From Lama glama (taxonomy: Eukaryota), in NCBI GenBank assembly GCA_028534125.1, contig CM052816.1, positions 84,074,001 to 84,138,000 of the forward strand: a stretch of DNA of 64,000 bases, given 5' to 3'. The notes under the pieces are model-generated. The model made no database searches. It had not been told where the DNA came from and saw only the letters and a list, made by a program, of their open reading frames with translations. The translations under genes and the position numbers were made by a program. Each line of letters starts with the position of its first letter. Position 1 is the stretch's first letter. Positions 13,075 through 25,396 of the stretch are shown piece by piece.

Positions 13075-13534
13075 TGTTTTGGGCTAAATTGTGTCCCATC
13101 GAAAGATGTATTGAAGTTTTAAACCCGGGTACCTGTGAATGTGACTTTATTTGGAAATGGGGTCTCCACAGTTTTAAAGTTGAGATAAGGTTGTATCAGA
13201 TTAGGGGGGGCCCTAATCCAGTGACTGGTGTCATTTTAAGGAGAAAGATACACAGAAAGGTAGACATACAGGGTAAAGGGCCATGTGATGGTGGAGACAG
13301 AGGTTGGAGTGATGCAACTTTGAGTCGAGTCATGCCAAGGATTTGCCAGAGAGCACTCAGAATTTAGGACGTGGCAAAGAAGGATTCTTCCCTAGTGTCT
13401 TCTGGGAGAGTGTGGCCCTGCTGACACCTCCATTTCAGACTTCTGTCCACCAGAACTGTGAGAAAATAAACTTCTGCTGTTTTAAGCCACATACTTGCAG
13501 CATTTCGTTACTGCAGCCCTAGAATACTAATACA
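13075..13534 (+). mobile_element. MaLR solo LTR (MLT1B/C-like)
   Basis: 'tgttttgggctaaattgtgtcc...acctgtgaatgtgactttatttggaaatgggg...ccagaactgtgagaaaataaacttctgctgttttaagccac...actaataca'. Confidence 0.9.
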
Positions 13535-14244
13535 AATACTATAAACAGTAGCCTCGCCAGCAATTTTCTAATTGGACGTGTAGTACTTTGACATGCCTCA
13601 CACACATGGGCATCTGCCATACTTGCAATTTATGACTTTGCTTCTGTGACCAGACACATAACAGGAGCTTTACAACCGCAACAACACAAAGTGCTGGATG
13701 AAAGAACAGTGTTGTTTCTCTTGAGAGACAATTAGAAACTGGTCTCAGACAGGTTAGAAATGAAGAATGCAAAATTTCTGGTAAAAGAATGGAATAAAAG
13801 CACTTTACTTCAAACTCATCATTCTCAACCCCTGGCAAAGGCTCAAAAGAACTAAAGAATGGTAGAAAATTTGAGCTTTAATACGACATTAAAAAATCAT
13901 AATTTCAGGACACAAACTAAATTTACTAGCCCAAAATGTGCAGTATGAACCTAAACAAGAGTGCACAACGTTTATTTTCACAAATGTTGTCAGTCTCTAA
14001 CATATTTACACATTTCCATAAACTTGAGAGTCATCCTGCATAATCTCTACAAATTAGAGTTAAGACATCAAGAGTTATAGGAAGGCTGTGGGTACAGTGG
14101 AATATAGCTCGTTAAGACCCAGATATTTACAACAGAAAAACAGATGGCTGGAAAATAAAAGCAAGGTAACGAACCATTCGTACCTTTTCTATCACAGCGT
14201 GATAGTTGCTTCAATGGAAGCTGAACAGAGAGAAGGAAGAGCAT

Positions 14245-14500
14245 TGCCATAGACTGGATGTTCGTGTCCCCCCAAAATTCAAAGTTAAAAATGAACCTTT
14301 GGTGGGATGGCACTCAGAGGTGAAGCCCTGAGTCAGTGATCAGGTCATAAGGGCGGACCCCTCGTGAGTGAGTAACACCAAATCTACAGCACCATGATCT
14401 TGAACTTCCCAGCCTCCAGAACTGCGAGAAAGAAGCTTCTGCTGTTTACACACACCCAGTCCACAGTGCTGTGTTACCGCAGCCTGCGTGGACTGAGACA
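14245..14500 (+). mobile_element. MaLR LTR (MLT1A-like, internally shortened)
   Basis: 'tgccatagactggatgttcgtgtccccccaaaattc' ... 'tgatcttgaacttcccagcctccagaactgcgaga' ... 'gactgagaca'. Confidence 0.85.
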
Positions 14501-14549
14501 GGAAGAGAGGAGCCAGTCCACGACTCTGCAGCTTGCAGTGGGCGCTGGA

Positions 14550-14880
14550 TGCTGTCTCTCGATACTACAGGCTCTCAGTACTACGTTTCCCTTAATTTAC
14601 TTTCTTCTGTTGTTTTGAGGCATAAATGTGCAAGCCACATTTCCCAGGCACTGTGGATTGCTGAATTTCTCTTGGTTTCTGCCAGTTGTAGGTACTTGAC
14701 AGGAGGAAGAAGAAACAGAGTATTATTTTGCTGCCTCTCTCGGTTTCCGTCAGCACCTCAGCCTGTGACAGCAGCAGATAAAAGCGCAAGAGAAGATGTC
14801 TTGCCTGTGCTCTTCTTGGCAAGGAACCTCCATCCTCGGAGAGGCGGACGCGGGGTGGGGGCAGAGAAAGGCAGACCAAT
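14550..14880. mobile_element. ERVL LTR fragment (LTR33/LTR16-like)
   Basis: GC-richer block 'gccacatttcccaggc...ttctcttggtttctgccagt' resembles LTR33-class sequence. Confidence 0.45.
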
Positions 14881-15559
14881 TCTGCAACTATACTAAAATT
14901 TATTGAATTATGCGTGTGGAATGGGTGAATTTTATAATATGTAACCTATATTTTATAAAGCTGTTTTTTTTAAAGGTGACTTTAGGCAGCAATGAATGTC
15001 AGCAGCTTTGAGAGTAGTTTAGCAGAAAGGTGAGAGTGCGCTCCTGGTTGGTGCTTAACAGCAAAACACATTTCTAACAGCACAGACACAGATGGAGCGC
15101 TTGCACCTCATACTGTCAGCAGCTCTGGGGCCAGAAGGGTCACGTGAGTTGTAGCCTAAAAGCAGTGACAGTTTCTTGATCTATGACGAACAACCCTCCT
15201 CCTCCCTTACCGCCTTCAGTCATTCCATCACTCTTATAACCAGGGGTTGGCTATAAATTTCTCCAAACCTAAATACCAAATAGTTTCCCTTATTGGAATA
15301 GACACCGGCTGAATGAAGCAAAGGGTTTTGTTGTGTGAGAATCACATCCACCAAATGTATGCTGAATACCAAACATTTTCTGTCAACTGAACAAGTTGTT
15401 GACAAAGAGTTTGGAAACAACCCCTCTGAATCCAAAGCCCAGACAGGCCCAGTTGCCACAGTTGCCAAAATCTCTGACAAGCAGCAAAAATAATTTAAAG
15501 ATGGGTCATATTTATAAAGATAATAACATGGGCTCCATGCATTAAACACTTTTCTTTAA

Positions 15560-16420
15560 GTCAGTAAAAGGACATTTCTGATGAAAAGATGGTTACGGAA
15601 AAACAAAGGAAAAATGAAGAAAATACTTCTCATTATTCTCATAGAATTTATAGATAGCAGCATCTGATGAATAATCAGTGAAATTTGAACAATGAGAAAC
15701 GAGTGTTCCAAGAAGACGTTACATGATATCCAAAAATATGGAATTGAGTTGGAAGTCACAACATGACAGAAAAATGAAAAGCCAGTGCAGAGAATAAATG
15801 CCCATTATAGCTGGAAAAGTTACATGTTTATAAGTAGTTATGAGGGTGACTTTCAGAGAGACAGAGAGCGAGGGAAGGAGGGGAAGGGGGGGAGAGAAAA
15901 GGGGATGTAAATATGATCACAGAATGAACAACAGACTTAAAAATCAAGATATATCTAACATGCATTGTTGGTATTTTTAAGAAGAACTAAGCAAATAGAA
16001 CACTTAAAATATAGAAAGGATCTAAAATATATTTTTAAACTTTTTTTGGAAATAAAGACTAGTTGAATATGCAGACTGAAGGAGCTCATAGATTTCCAAG
16101 AAATAATGATACCTAACATTCATACCTAACATTCCAAATCAAAGCATATTCTGGTAAGGATGTTAAAATTCAGGTACAAAGGAAGAATCCTAGCAGTAGG
16201 CAGGAGTGAAAAATCACGCCCCCTGCTAGTAGTGCGCAATACCAAGTTGGATTCGACTTCTTCATGGCAATATTCATGCAAGGTGACAGTTTGATCAGTA
16301 TCTTTTAGACACTGAGAAAGAATATGTGATACAAGAATTTTATAATCAGCCAAGTTATCCTTTGATGATAAAACTTTTGAGTATAAAGTTACAGCATGCA
16401 CAAAGCTACACATTTATGAA
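15560..16420 (+). mobile_element. Degraded old L1 ORF1 region
   Basis: A-rich with motifs 'catattctggtaaggatgttaaaattcagg...gaatcct' and 'agaattttataatcagccaagttatcctt', like the L1 ORF1 3' part. Confidence 0.6.
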
Positions 16421-17099
16421 TAACAAGGTCTGAATCTCCTGGGGGAGAAGGCTAGATGGTGATAAAGTAAGAAAAAGGGGGAAATAGAGCTGAAATCAAT
16501 GGATTCAGTAATGTGAACTAAGGATTGTTTTTTGAACTGACAGAGTACACACCCATTCTGATCCTCTGCCACTCCAGCCCAAATATGTAAAGATCAATTT
16601 TTATTTAATGAAAGTGATAGAAATGTCAGTGAGGTGGTTGCAATGATCAGAGCAAAAGTAGCAGGAGTGTTGGTTCGCAGTCTGTTAAGTTGGACTCTCT
16701 CCCCATATGGGGAGTCTTGTCATTATGTGAAGCTCATTCTTTCTATGCTACAGCTTTTGCAGACTCAAGTCCTGTAACACCATTCAGAAAGAACTTTAAT
16801 TAGCACCTATGTCCTTCCTGTGAACTGTTCATGGACAACTTGGCTTTTGGTTTTCCCGTTGAACCCACAAAAATCTAGTCCACATTCTCTTTTAAGGACA
16901 CAGTGCTGGAAATGGAAATCCTATTTATTCCCAGCCCACATTTATCTCTCTATTTTTTCTCTATAGATGATAGATAAATGATAGTCCATAGATGACAGAG
17001 AAAAAGATATAGTTAATTTCACACTGAGCTTTCTAAAAAAATCTATTTTCTTGCAAGATAATATTATTACACATATTATTTCATTAGATTTCCTCAATA

Positions 17100-17240
17100 T
17101 TATTAATAGTTGGCATCACAGTTCCCATTTTACAGAAGAGAAACTTTGACTGTATGAGGTCAAACCAATTTGTTCCAAGTTACACAGAAAATCTATTTTG
17201 TGGGTGATATTAGAAGTAAGTCTCTGAACTTTCCCACTAC
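17100..17240 (-). mobile_element. MIR SINE
   Basis: 'cccattttacagaagagaaact...gaggtcaaaccaatttgttccaagttacacag' is the antisense MIR core. Confidence 0.7.
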
Positions 17241-17329
17241 CACTTACTGCAGTTGCAAAATGTGCCTACTGACAATTACCTATGATAAATGATCGTATGA
17301 TTCCAGAGAATAAACTCCAAGTGTTAAAA

Positions 17330-19310
17330 TTAAAAATATGACTTGTACAGTTCTCTCCCCCCAACATTTTTAATGAAATCACAGATCTTGTTCAGGAGGA
17401 TCATAGTTTTTGAAATAAAATATTGGATTTTCATTTCTATTGCTGTAAAGGTAATTATTACAGTTATTCCAAAAACAAGAAAAAGGCAATACTCAAAAAG
17501 AAAACTATAGACCAATATCCATCATAAAATAAATGCAGAAATCCTTAGCAAAATATTAATAAATAAAATAGAGCAATATATAAAAATCATTACACACCAT
17601 TACCAACTGATATTCATTCTCAGCATGCAAGGCCAGTTCAATATTCGAAAGTTATCAGTGTAATTCACCCAATCCTAAAGAAGAATAATTGCTATAATTC
17701 AGTGCAGAAAAAGCATTTGACATATTTCACAACCATTCATGATGTTAAAAATAATCAAAAATCTCTCAGAAAAATAGGAACAGAGACAAACTTCTTCCAC
17801 TTGACAAATAGCACCTACTGAAATCAAAAACAAAAAGAAAACCAAAACCCAAAATTCCACAATTAACATTATACTCCATGATGAAAGACTGAATTATTTC
17901 CTTCCTTAAGATCAAGAACAGGGCAATGATATTCACTCTCACCACTCTCATTTATTATATTATGGGAAGTTCTAGCAAGTGCAGTAAGGCAAGAAAAATA
18001 ATTAAAAGACAGATATGTGAGGAAAAAAGAAATACAGTTGTCTCTGTTTGCAAATGACATGATTATATACAAAGTAAAGTCCAGGAATACGCCTATACTC
18101 AAAAAAATACCCTTCTAGAATTAATAAGTTCAGCAGGGATCCAGGATATAAGGTAACCATAAAATATTAATTGCATTCCTATATGCTAAAAATTAACAAA
18201 TGGACACTGAAGTTAAAAATTCAATGTTATTTATAATTACTCAAATAATGAAATATACTGAAAATAATCAAATAGTTACAAAACTTGTTATCGAAAAACT
18301 ATAAAATGCTAATGAAAGAAATCAAAAGAATTTCTGAATAAATGGAAAGACACAGTGTTTGTACATTGGAAGATTCAACTTGATGACTGTGTTAGTTTTG
18401 CAAAGGCTGTCATGACAAAGTAGCATAGACCGGGTAGCTCAAATAAAATAAATGCATTTTCTCACGATTCTGGAAGTTTAGACTCTGAGATCAACTGCCT
18501 AAGCTCTCTCTCCTTGGCTTGTAGATGACCTTCTTCTCTCTGTGCCTTCACATAGTCCTCCTCTGTGTGTGTCTGTCCTAGTTACAAATCATATTGGACT
18601 AGAGCCCATCCTAATTACCTCATTTTAATTTAAACACTTTTCTAAAGACCCTATCTTCAAATAGAATTGCATTCTCACACTGTTAAGTCTAGAGGTTAAG
18701 GCTTCAACACATAAATTTTGGGGAAACATAATTAAGTTTCACAAAAATAAGGATGCCAATTTTGCCAGGATTGATTTGAAAGTTTAAAACAATTCTCATC
18801 AAAACACCAGCAAAAATTTTCGTATAGGCCATATGGAAAACAGCAAAGGAACTAGAAGAGCTAAAAGAATTTAGAAAATGAAGAATATGGTAGAAGGAAC
18901 CAGTCTACCCGATATTAAGGTGGATTATACCATCTACAGTAATCAAGCCGCATGGTATGGGTGGAGGAATGATGCATAGGTGGATGGAAAAGAAACAAGA
19001 ATTCAGAAATAAACCCACAAATATGCCCAAGTGATTTTTGACAAAAGTGACAAGAACCATTCAATGGACAAAAGATAACCTTTTCAACCAATGGAACTAG
19101 AGCAATTTGATTAGTTAAAAAAAAAAGTGAGCCTTGACCTAAGTCACAAGCCTTACATAAAAATTAATATCCTTGTTGTGATATTGTGCTATCTGGTTTT
19201 TAAGGTGTCACCACTGAGAGAAACTGGGTAATGGGTGCATGGGAGAGGGCTGTCTTATTTCTTAAAACAGCTAATGAATCTGCAGTTAACTCAAAATGAA
19301 TTTTCATTTA
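17330..19310 (+). mobile_element. Old L1 (L1M) ORF2 RT-region remnant joined to an L1MC-like 3' end, interrupted by an MLT1 LTR
   Basis: Decayed ORF2 motifs include 'aactatagaccaatatcc' (NYRPIS), 'gcagaaaaagcatttgaca' (AEKAFD) and 'ctgtttgcaaatgacatgat' (LFAxDM). A 3'UTR-like segment lies at 19170-19310. Confidence 0.9.
18387..18745 (-). mobile_element. MaLR LTR (MLT1B/C-like) nested in L1
   Basis: 'tgtgttagtttt...ggctgtcatgacaaagtagcatagaccgggtagc...tctcacgattctggaag...tctctccttggcttgtagatg' is antisense MLT1. Confidence 0.85.
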
Positions 19311-21704
19311 ACATATAAATAATAACCTTTAAATCATAAATGAAATTAATGGTCTGGATGTTGATATCATAGAATAAAACCTTGGTCAATTTGGTGTTTT
19401 TCTTGTCAAGAACCAGGTGGACTGCTATGACCAGGTCAAAAGAAAAGGTCTGTCATCCTCTCATCCTGCAATCCTCCGCATGAGCACAGTTAGCTAGAAG
19501 ACAGACCTACTTCCCAGTCAGCTGGAGGAACACATACTATCTAAATATATGTATATATTTCATTTTTAGGAGATGAAAGAACTTCTTAAGCTATAAAATT
19601 AACTCTCTAGTGTTAAGGGCTCAGAAATGCTACTTGTTAATTTCATAACTTAGGAAGATCTTTCATTATGATCTTAAGGGAAGGAAAAAAAAACTAGTAT
19701 GTAAATTAAGCAAAATAAAGCTATAATAAAAGAAAAGCAAAGAGAAAACCCAACAGAGAAGGTAATGAAATTGCAGCGCAGATCATTATAGGCACTTTTG
19801 AGAAAACAACTTAGGAGAACATAAAGATAACCATGATTCAAAATTGAAAAATGTTGAGAATAAAAGCAATACATGCAATTTTTAAATTGTTGATAGAAAC
19901 TCCCCAAATGAGAGAAACTGAGGATGAAAATTGTTTTCTAGTATGATTTAAATTTTTTTTTTACCGAGGAAATTCTTTCAGCCTAACATTTTCCCTCAAG
20001 CAGCATTAGGATTGTAACTTTGAACAATTAAAGAGGGGAAGACAATTGACATTTCATTGCTCAATATGTTTACAACCCTAATGATGAAAATATTGTTTAC
20101 TGGCTTTCAATTTTGAGTCAATCTTCAGGTCATGGAAAGAAGACGTTATGCTTAAAGGCTGGAATGAGAACCTAGGAGCTTTGATCATGTACGACTGTGA
20201 CCTATACAAAGCAGGTTGTGGAGAAAAATTGGGTAGAGAAGAAAGGGAATTAACATTGTCATGTAAAGTATGGAAACTGAATAAAGAATGATAGAAAAAT
20301 GAATTGAGGTTTAATTACATTGTTTATATTTAAGATAATTGATAGAAAAACAAGAACATAATTGACAAAAACAGAGATGGAGAAGAGGATTTGAATGAGT
20401 TAAATATTTCCATTTGATATTGGAGGAATAATAAATCTTATAAGAATTAAGAAACTTAGAAAATAAGTTATACATTGTTTGGGAAGAAATAACCAAAATA
20501 TAAACAATTCCAAAGAAGTTGTCTGGAGAGTATACTTAAAAGTGAAGTAGTGGCATGACACTGTTTTTTTAATAAAAGACATTCTTTAACATGTGATTTT
20601 TTTTTTAATGATCATATATTGCTTAGTTAAAAATAAATATTTTCAAATGATAACCCTATTTACTTATAAGTGATAGCGACTTATAAGATATAAAGATGCT
20701 TATTATTGAGTAAATATAAAAAAATTAGAGTGGAAACAGTTTACCAAACTGGACTCATGCATATAAACATCTTTGGAGCGTTTTTTATGTGTTAGAATAT
20801 GTTATTTTTCTTCACTTCATGTGACTGAGTTTGGAATATCACCCGCCCAAGGCTCTTTCTTTCTTCCTAGTTACTTGGCTAGCAGCTGCTTCTGTTGCAA
20901 GCACATACCATGTGAATTGCAAATGAATAAAATAATTGGTCTTCAATTAGACTAAATTTTCACCAAGTGGATTTTTGTGCCCTGATTATGCCTTCACAGT
21001 CTCAATGGCTACACTCACAACTCAAATGTACTCTTAATTTAATTAATTACACTTTTCAAGTTAGGAAATCTTTGTTTTGGGTAAAATACGATTTCATTAA
21101 AATGGCCACAATAAAAAATAAGACTCCCCTTCTTTGGGAATATACAAGAGTAAGATTTAAATAATTTTAGCATGGGAAGTATAATAATGCTCATTTCTAA
21201 TATCATACAAAGTAAATAGTTGGATGAGGGACCATATTCCATTATTCAATGGGATAATTCTATCAGCATTCACAAGTCTTAGCTATAGATTTATAATGCA
21301 AATATATTTATAGTGTATTTAAAATTTTTCAATTAAAATCAAGGATAAAACAATTTAGCATTAATAATAATAAAGCATTTATTATAATGTTCCTTTTATT
21401 CTTCAATTAAACTCATCCAGTATTTTAAATCTATATTCAATTTCATTACTATATTTATGGATTAAAAATCTTTAGTTTTGCTTAAATTACCCATTAGCAT
21501 GAAACAAAAAGTGAGTGATACGCTTCCATTTATTTATAATTTAAATTTTTATAAATAATTATAATTTATTTATCAAATATGAATATCTGTGATTATAAAT
21601 ATTAGATTTCAAAAAATGAGAAGAGAGTAAAAGATATAGTTCATGGATTAGTGCTAATTACACATAATTATTCTCAACATTATTGTCATGTTGAACTAAA
21701 ACCT

Positions 21705-21900
21705 ATCACAATAGACAAAAAAGGACATTATATAATGATAAAAGGGTTAATCTGCCAGGAAGATAAAATGATTACAAATATATATGCCGACACCATCGAA
21801 GCATCTAAATAGACTCTGGAAAATAGACTGCAGTGCAATGAAGTAGGTGGTTTCAATATTCCACTATTAATAATGGAGAGAACATGCAGACAGCTACCTC
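21705..21900 (+). mobile_element. L1 ORF2 endonuclease-region fragment
   Basis: 'gacaaaaaaggacattatataatgataaaaggg...caggaagata...aatatatatgcc' reads DKKGHYIMIKG...QED...NIYA. Confidence 0.8.
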
Positions 21901-22039
21901 ACAGTTAACTGCTTTATGAGTTTTTCTTCTCTCCTTCCATTACTTTTTTTTGCAAATATTAAAAAATGCACATAAACTGTGAAAGAATAAAGAGAAAAAT
22001 AAAATAAAAAAAAACAAGCAAGAAGGGGCGTTTCCCTTC

Positions 22040-22540
22040 CTGTTCTTACACAAAACGTAACATAGCTTAGACAGTTTTCAGCAACTTGCTTCTATCACTT
22101 AACAACTTACACTCCAAAATATACAATATGTAGTCCATTACGTACAAAACTTTCCAACTGCTTTTCACAGACACATATACTCCATTGGGTAGAAATACTG
22201 CAGTTTATATGACTGTTGGATTTTGGGGTTGATTCCAATTTTGTTACCAGTACCAGTAATGTTACATCAAAGAACACTTAACACACATCATTTCAAATTA
22301 ATTTACCTGTTGGCCTTTGGGACAGATTCCTGGAAGAGGAATTGTAGGTCAAAGGCTAAGTGCATACGTAATTTTGTTAGGTGTTGACAAAAATCCCCTC
22401 CTTAGATGTTGTCCTGTTTTACATTCTGAGAAACAAAATGTTAGGCTGTGTCTTTCCTCCTTAGCTGCACCAACAGATTGTTTGATCAAACTATTCACAT
22501 TTTTCAAATCTTATAGTGTTTGTGGTTTTAATTTGTAAAT
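22040..22540 (-). mobile_element. Old L1ME-like 3' fragment
   Basis: 'gggacagattcctggaagaggaattgtaggtcaaaggc' and 'ttgattccaatttt' are typical antisense L1ME. Confidence 0.65.
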
Positions 22541-22751
22541 TTTTCATCATAATGGTTATAATACAATGAGAAATATAATAGTTTACAACAAACATCGTTC
22601 CATCAAAAATGTGAAATCTACATTTGGATCTGAGTGGCTCAGAGTAGTATCCCGGGTTAATGACATAAATGTCTGTTTAATTATAATCAATTAAGTTAAT
22701 CTTAGACCATCCATCTGTTATACTCAGGACTGCAGTTCAAAGAGATAGCTA

Positions 22752-22812
22752 GGAGAAAGAAAGGCAGGAAGGAAGAAAGGGAGGGGAAGAGAGAGGAAGG
22801 AAGGAAGGAACG
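22752..22812. repeat. (GGAA)-type purine-rich simple repeat
   Basis: 'gaaagaaaggcaggaaggaagaaagggaggggaagagagaggaaggaaggaaggaa'. Confidence 0.9.
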
Positions 22813-23739
22813 AACAAACCTAGGTCTGAATTAAGACAATAAGTATATGAATAAATTGGAAAGAACTGCTTAAATCAACATAATTACCTTTGTTTGCTTG
22901 AAATCAGTGTCATACTTTGAAGTCTGTGCCACAGCTACCTTGTAAAAAACACTAAAATTACCTATTTTGTTCATATTCACATTTCTTATAGACTTTGCCT
23001 AGAAATTACGGATTTTAAAGTTCTACTCCATTTCAGCAGTAAATTGTACGTGCATTACCTCAGAAATGGATTGTTGTCTCTTGTTAATAGATATTTTGCT
23101 CACCTTATGCTGGGTAGGAGCTACCGATTAATATTCACCCTCAAAGTTTTTATTGCATTTAACACAGCACCAGAAGGGACATTATACAACTAATAAGACG
23201 TGAAGTCCGCTTTAGCTGTTTGATCAAATATGTTTCATGCAAACTGCCTAGGAACATCAAAACAATTAGTCAGACCCGAAATTCAATCTGAGCTAGCATT
23301 CATATTCAAAGATTCAAATTCAAAGGTAAGTTCAGAGACCAAATATCATATTTTGATTTGTTTAGAAGTGGCCATCTGTCCGTATCAAAAAGCTACTACA
23401 GCAGTTTGGCAGGCAGTTTAAAGAACCAAAATAACTACTCTGTGTAGGTCAGGTTCACAGGCATCTGGGTGTTGACTTGGAAAGCACAAAAAGTAATGTT
23501 CACGGCATGTGGTACTTTACCAAGCAGCCAGCCAAAAGTGTCTAGAACTTCTAAACTGTCAAAAATTGCAGCTCTCATAAAACTATTTTAAGAAAACTTT
23601 GTAAATATATATAAAATTTCAAATATTAGTGGCCAATATATTTAAAAACAGCATAAAAATCTAATAAAATGTTGCAGATATTGCATGATATAATAATTCC
23701 AATGTATACATATTTACATCCTGACACATTTTAAATGTT

Positions 23740-25260
23740 CCTTTTTTTAAAAAAAGGGAGCTTTGAAGATATCAACAGTTTTATTTGTACATTTTATAAA
23801 TATTTTTTTGCTGGTCAATAGCCTACATTTTAATTCTTTAAAGCAAATCTAAGGCCACAAAGAGCTACATTCTACCTTGCAGGAGTTCAAGGTATCTTGA
23901 CACCTCAATGCCTCCCCTTCCTTTCCAAACCCAGGCTTCAGCCTCCTCCCGGGTCTGTGCCCAGGAACTGCGGATCTTTGTGGTTCCTCTTCTTGGAAGA
24001 GTGGGTGTTGCAAGGAGTTAAAGATGATTCTTGGGTGGTGAGTTTGGGTTGAGGGGCCAGGACGAGGAATTGGCAGTTGACAAGCTCCCTTGACATCCTG
24101 AACTTGTAGAATAGCCTTCAGTCTTGAGTGGACCTCCAGCTGAGCCCTCGGAGTGACAGCTGCAGGCTGGCAGGGACAAGGGTGACTCCAGAGTCAACCT
24201 GGAAAAGCTAGATGCGGGCACACTGCAAAGAGCTCACCAACTTGTGATGGTCACCAGGAACAGTAAGAGGATATTCCCACCGCTGAAGATGAGCATGTCT
24301 GTCTGGACCCCAATGCCATGCATTCTTTCCTCCTGGATTTCATGATGGCAAATAGCCACCTCTGGAAGTATGTGAACAGAGAGTAAGCATCTGGGGGTTG
24401 GTCCCAGCCACAGGCACATATTGAACTCCTTAAATAAATCAAACTCCAAATTCATATACTATGACTTGAGGGTCTACAGGGGAGGATTACTAGCCGTTTC
24501 ATTCCCAAGACTTCATGCATATCTGTCAGGGCTTATCAGAAAGAAGGGGTCACCGCTACTAAAACTAAATGCAACTGATTTGCAAAGGCCTGCCGTGATG
24601 CAAAACGAAGCAGGGATCACAAAGTTAAGATGGAAGAACCCAGAGACAAACAGCAACCTGGTTATTAGTAATGGAAGTGAGTACCTTCTGTCTGCTTCCA
24701 ATCTGCATCCTCAGTTTGGAAGTCCTCTCTCACTTTTCTCCACCCATGGCTGCTGGGGAAAGTGCTCTGTGCGGAGGAACCTTAGTTCACCTTTCACCCA
24801 TCCCTGTCGCTGTCCCTTGAAGCTGTGCCTAGGCCCCCCTTCCCACCTGGACAAGCTCATAATTACTCAGCACATAACACTCATTGGGACAATTCTCCAG
24901 CCTATTCTGACCGTTCATTTGCATGTTGCCCAGGATCCAATCCCATGAACTTGGTTCAGCTTCACAATGTCTCCACTTACCATTGTGTTACTCCCGAGCA
25001 CAGAAGGAAACCGTCAGTGCCCCACCCTGCGGTCAGCCTGTAGGGCACCATCATCATACCAGGTCTCAGACTGCAGAGCTGTCTAATGAGCTGGGAGTCC
25101 TGTTCTCCCCAGTGAACATGATCTCACCCAAATAATCTCAGGTCCCTTCTCAGGATTCTCAATGTGTAAAAACCATGTCATGGCCACAGACATTCCTGAC
25201 AACCAGTATCACATTTGGCCTCATAACCTCATGGATACCCCTGTCACTACCTTCCAGGTA
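23740..25260 (-). pseudogene. Probable old processed pseudogene / retrocopy of an unidentified mRNA
   Basis: An abrupt GC-richer, non-repetitive ~1.5 kb block in AT-rich flanks, unlike any TE I recognise. The minus strand has long stop-interrupted frames, then ATTAAA/AATAAA signals and A-rich tracts (plus-strand T runs at 23803-23809 and 23742-23748). The parent is not recognised. Confidence 0.5.
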
Positions 25261-25286
25261 GAACAAAGCTCTTCTTAAAATATATA

Positions 25287-25359
25287 GTATAGCTCAGTGG
25301 TAGGGTGCATACTAAGCATGCACAAGGTGAGGAGGGTTTCAATCCCCAGTACCTCCATA
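25287..25359 (+). mobile_element. tRNA-derived camelid SINE (vic-1-like), 5'-trimmed, with TSD
   Basis: Pol III A-box TAGCTCAGTGG (25290-25300), B-box-like GGTTTCAATCC (25335-25345) and 'ccccagtacctcca'. TSD AAAATATATA at 25277-25286 and 25360-25369. Confidence 0.85.
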
Positions 25360-25362
25360 AAA

Positions 25363-25393
<31 letters not shown>

Positions 25394-25396
25394 TAC
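25363..25396. repeat. (TA)n(CA)n microsatellite
   Basis: Visible directly after the SINE. Confidence 0.95.

Noticed and set aside
24421..24948. 175-aa plus-strand ORF
   Set aside because: It has a non-ATG start and is antisense to the presumed retrocopy. It is likely a shadow ORF of GC-richer sequence.
24560..25140. Fleeting resemblance of retrocopy peptides to beta-CASP nucleases (DCLRE1B) or C6orf136
   Set aside because: Motif spacing and surrounding residues do not fit either protein, so no gene symbol was assigned.
25287..25356. Possible tRNA gene
   Set aside because: It lacks the 5' acceptor-stem bases, has a distorted B-box region and is flanked by a TSD, so it is a SINE rather than a tRNA.
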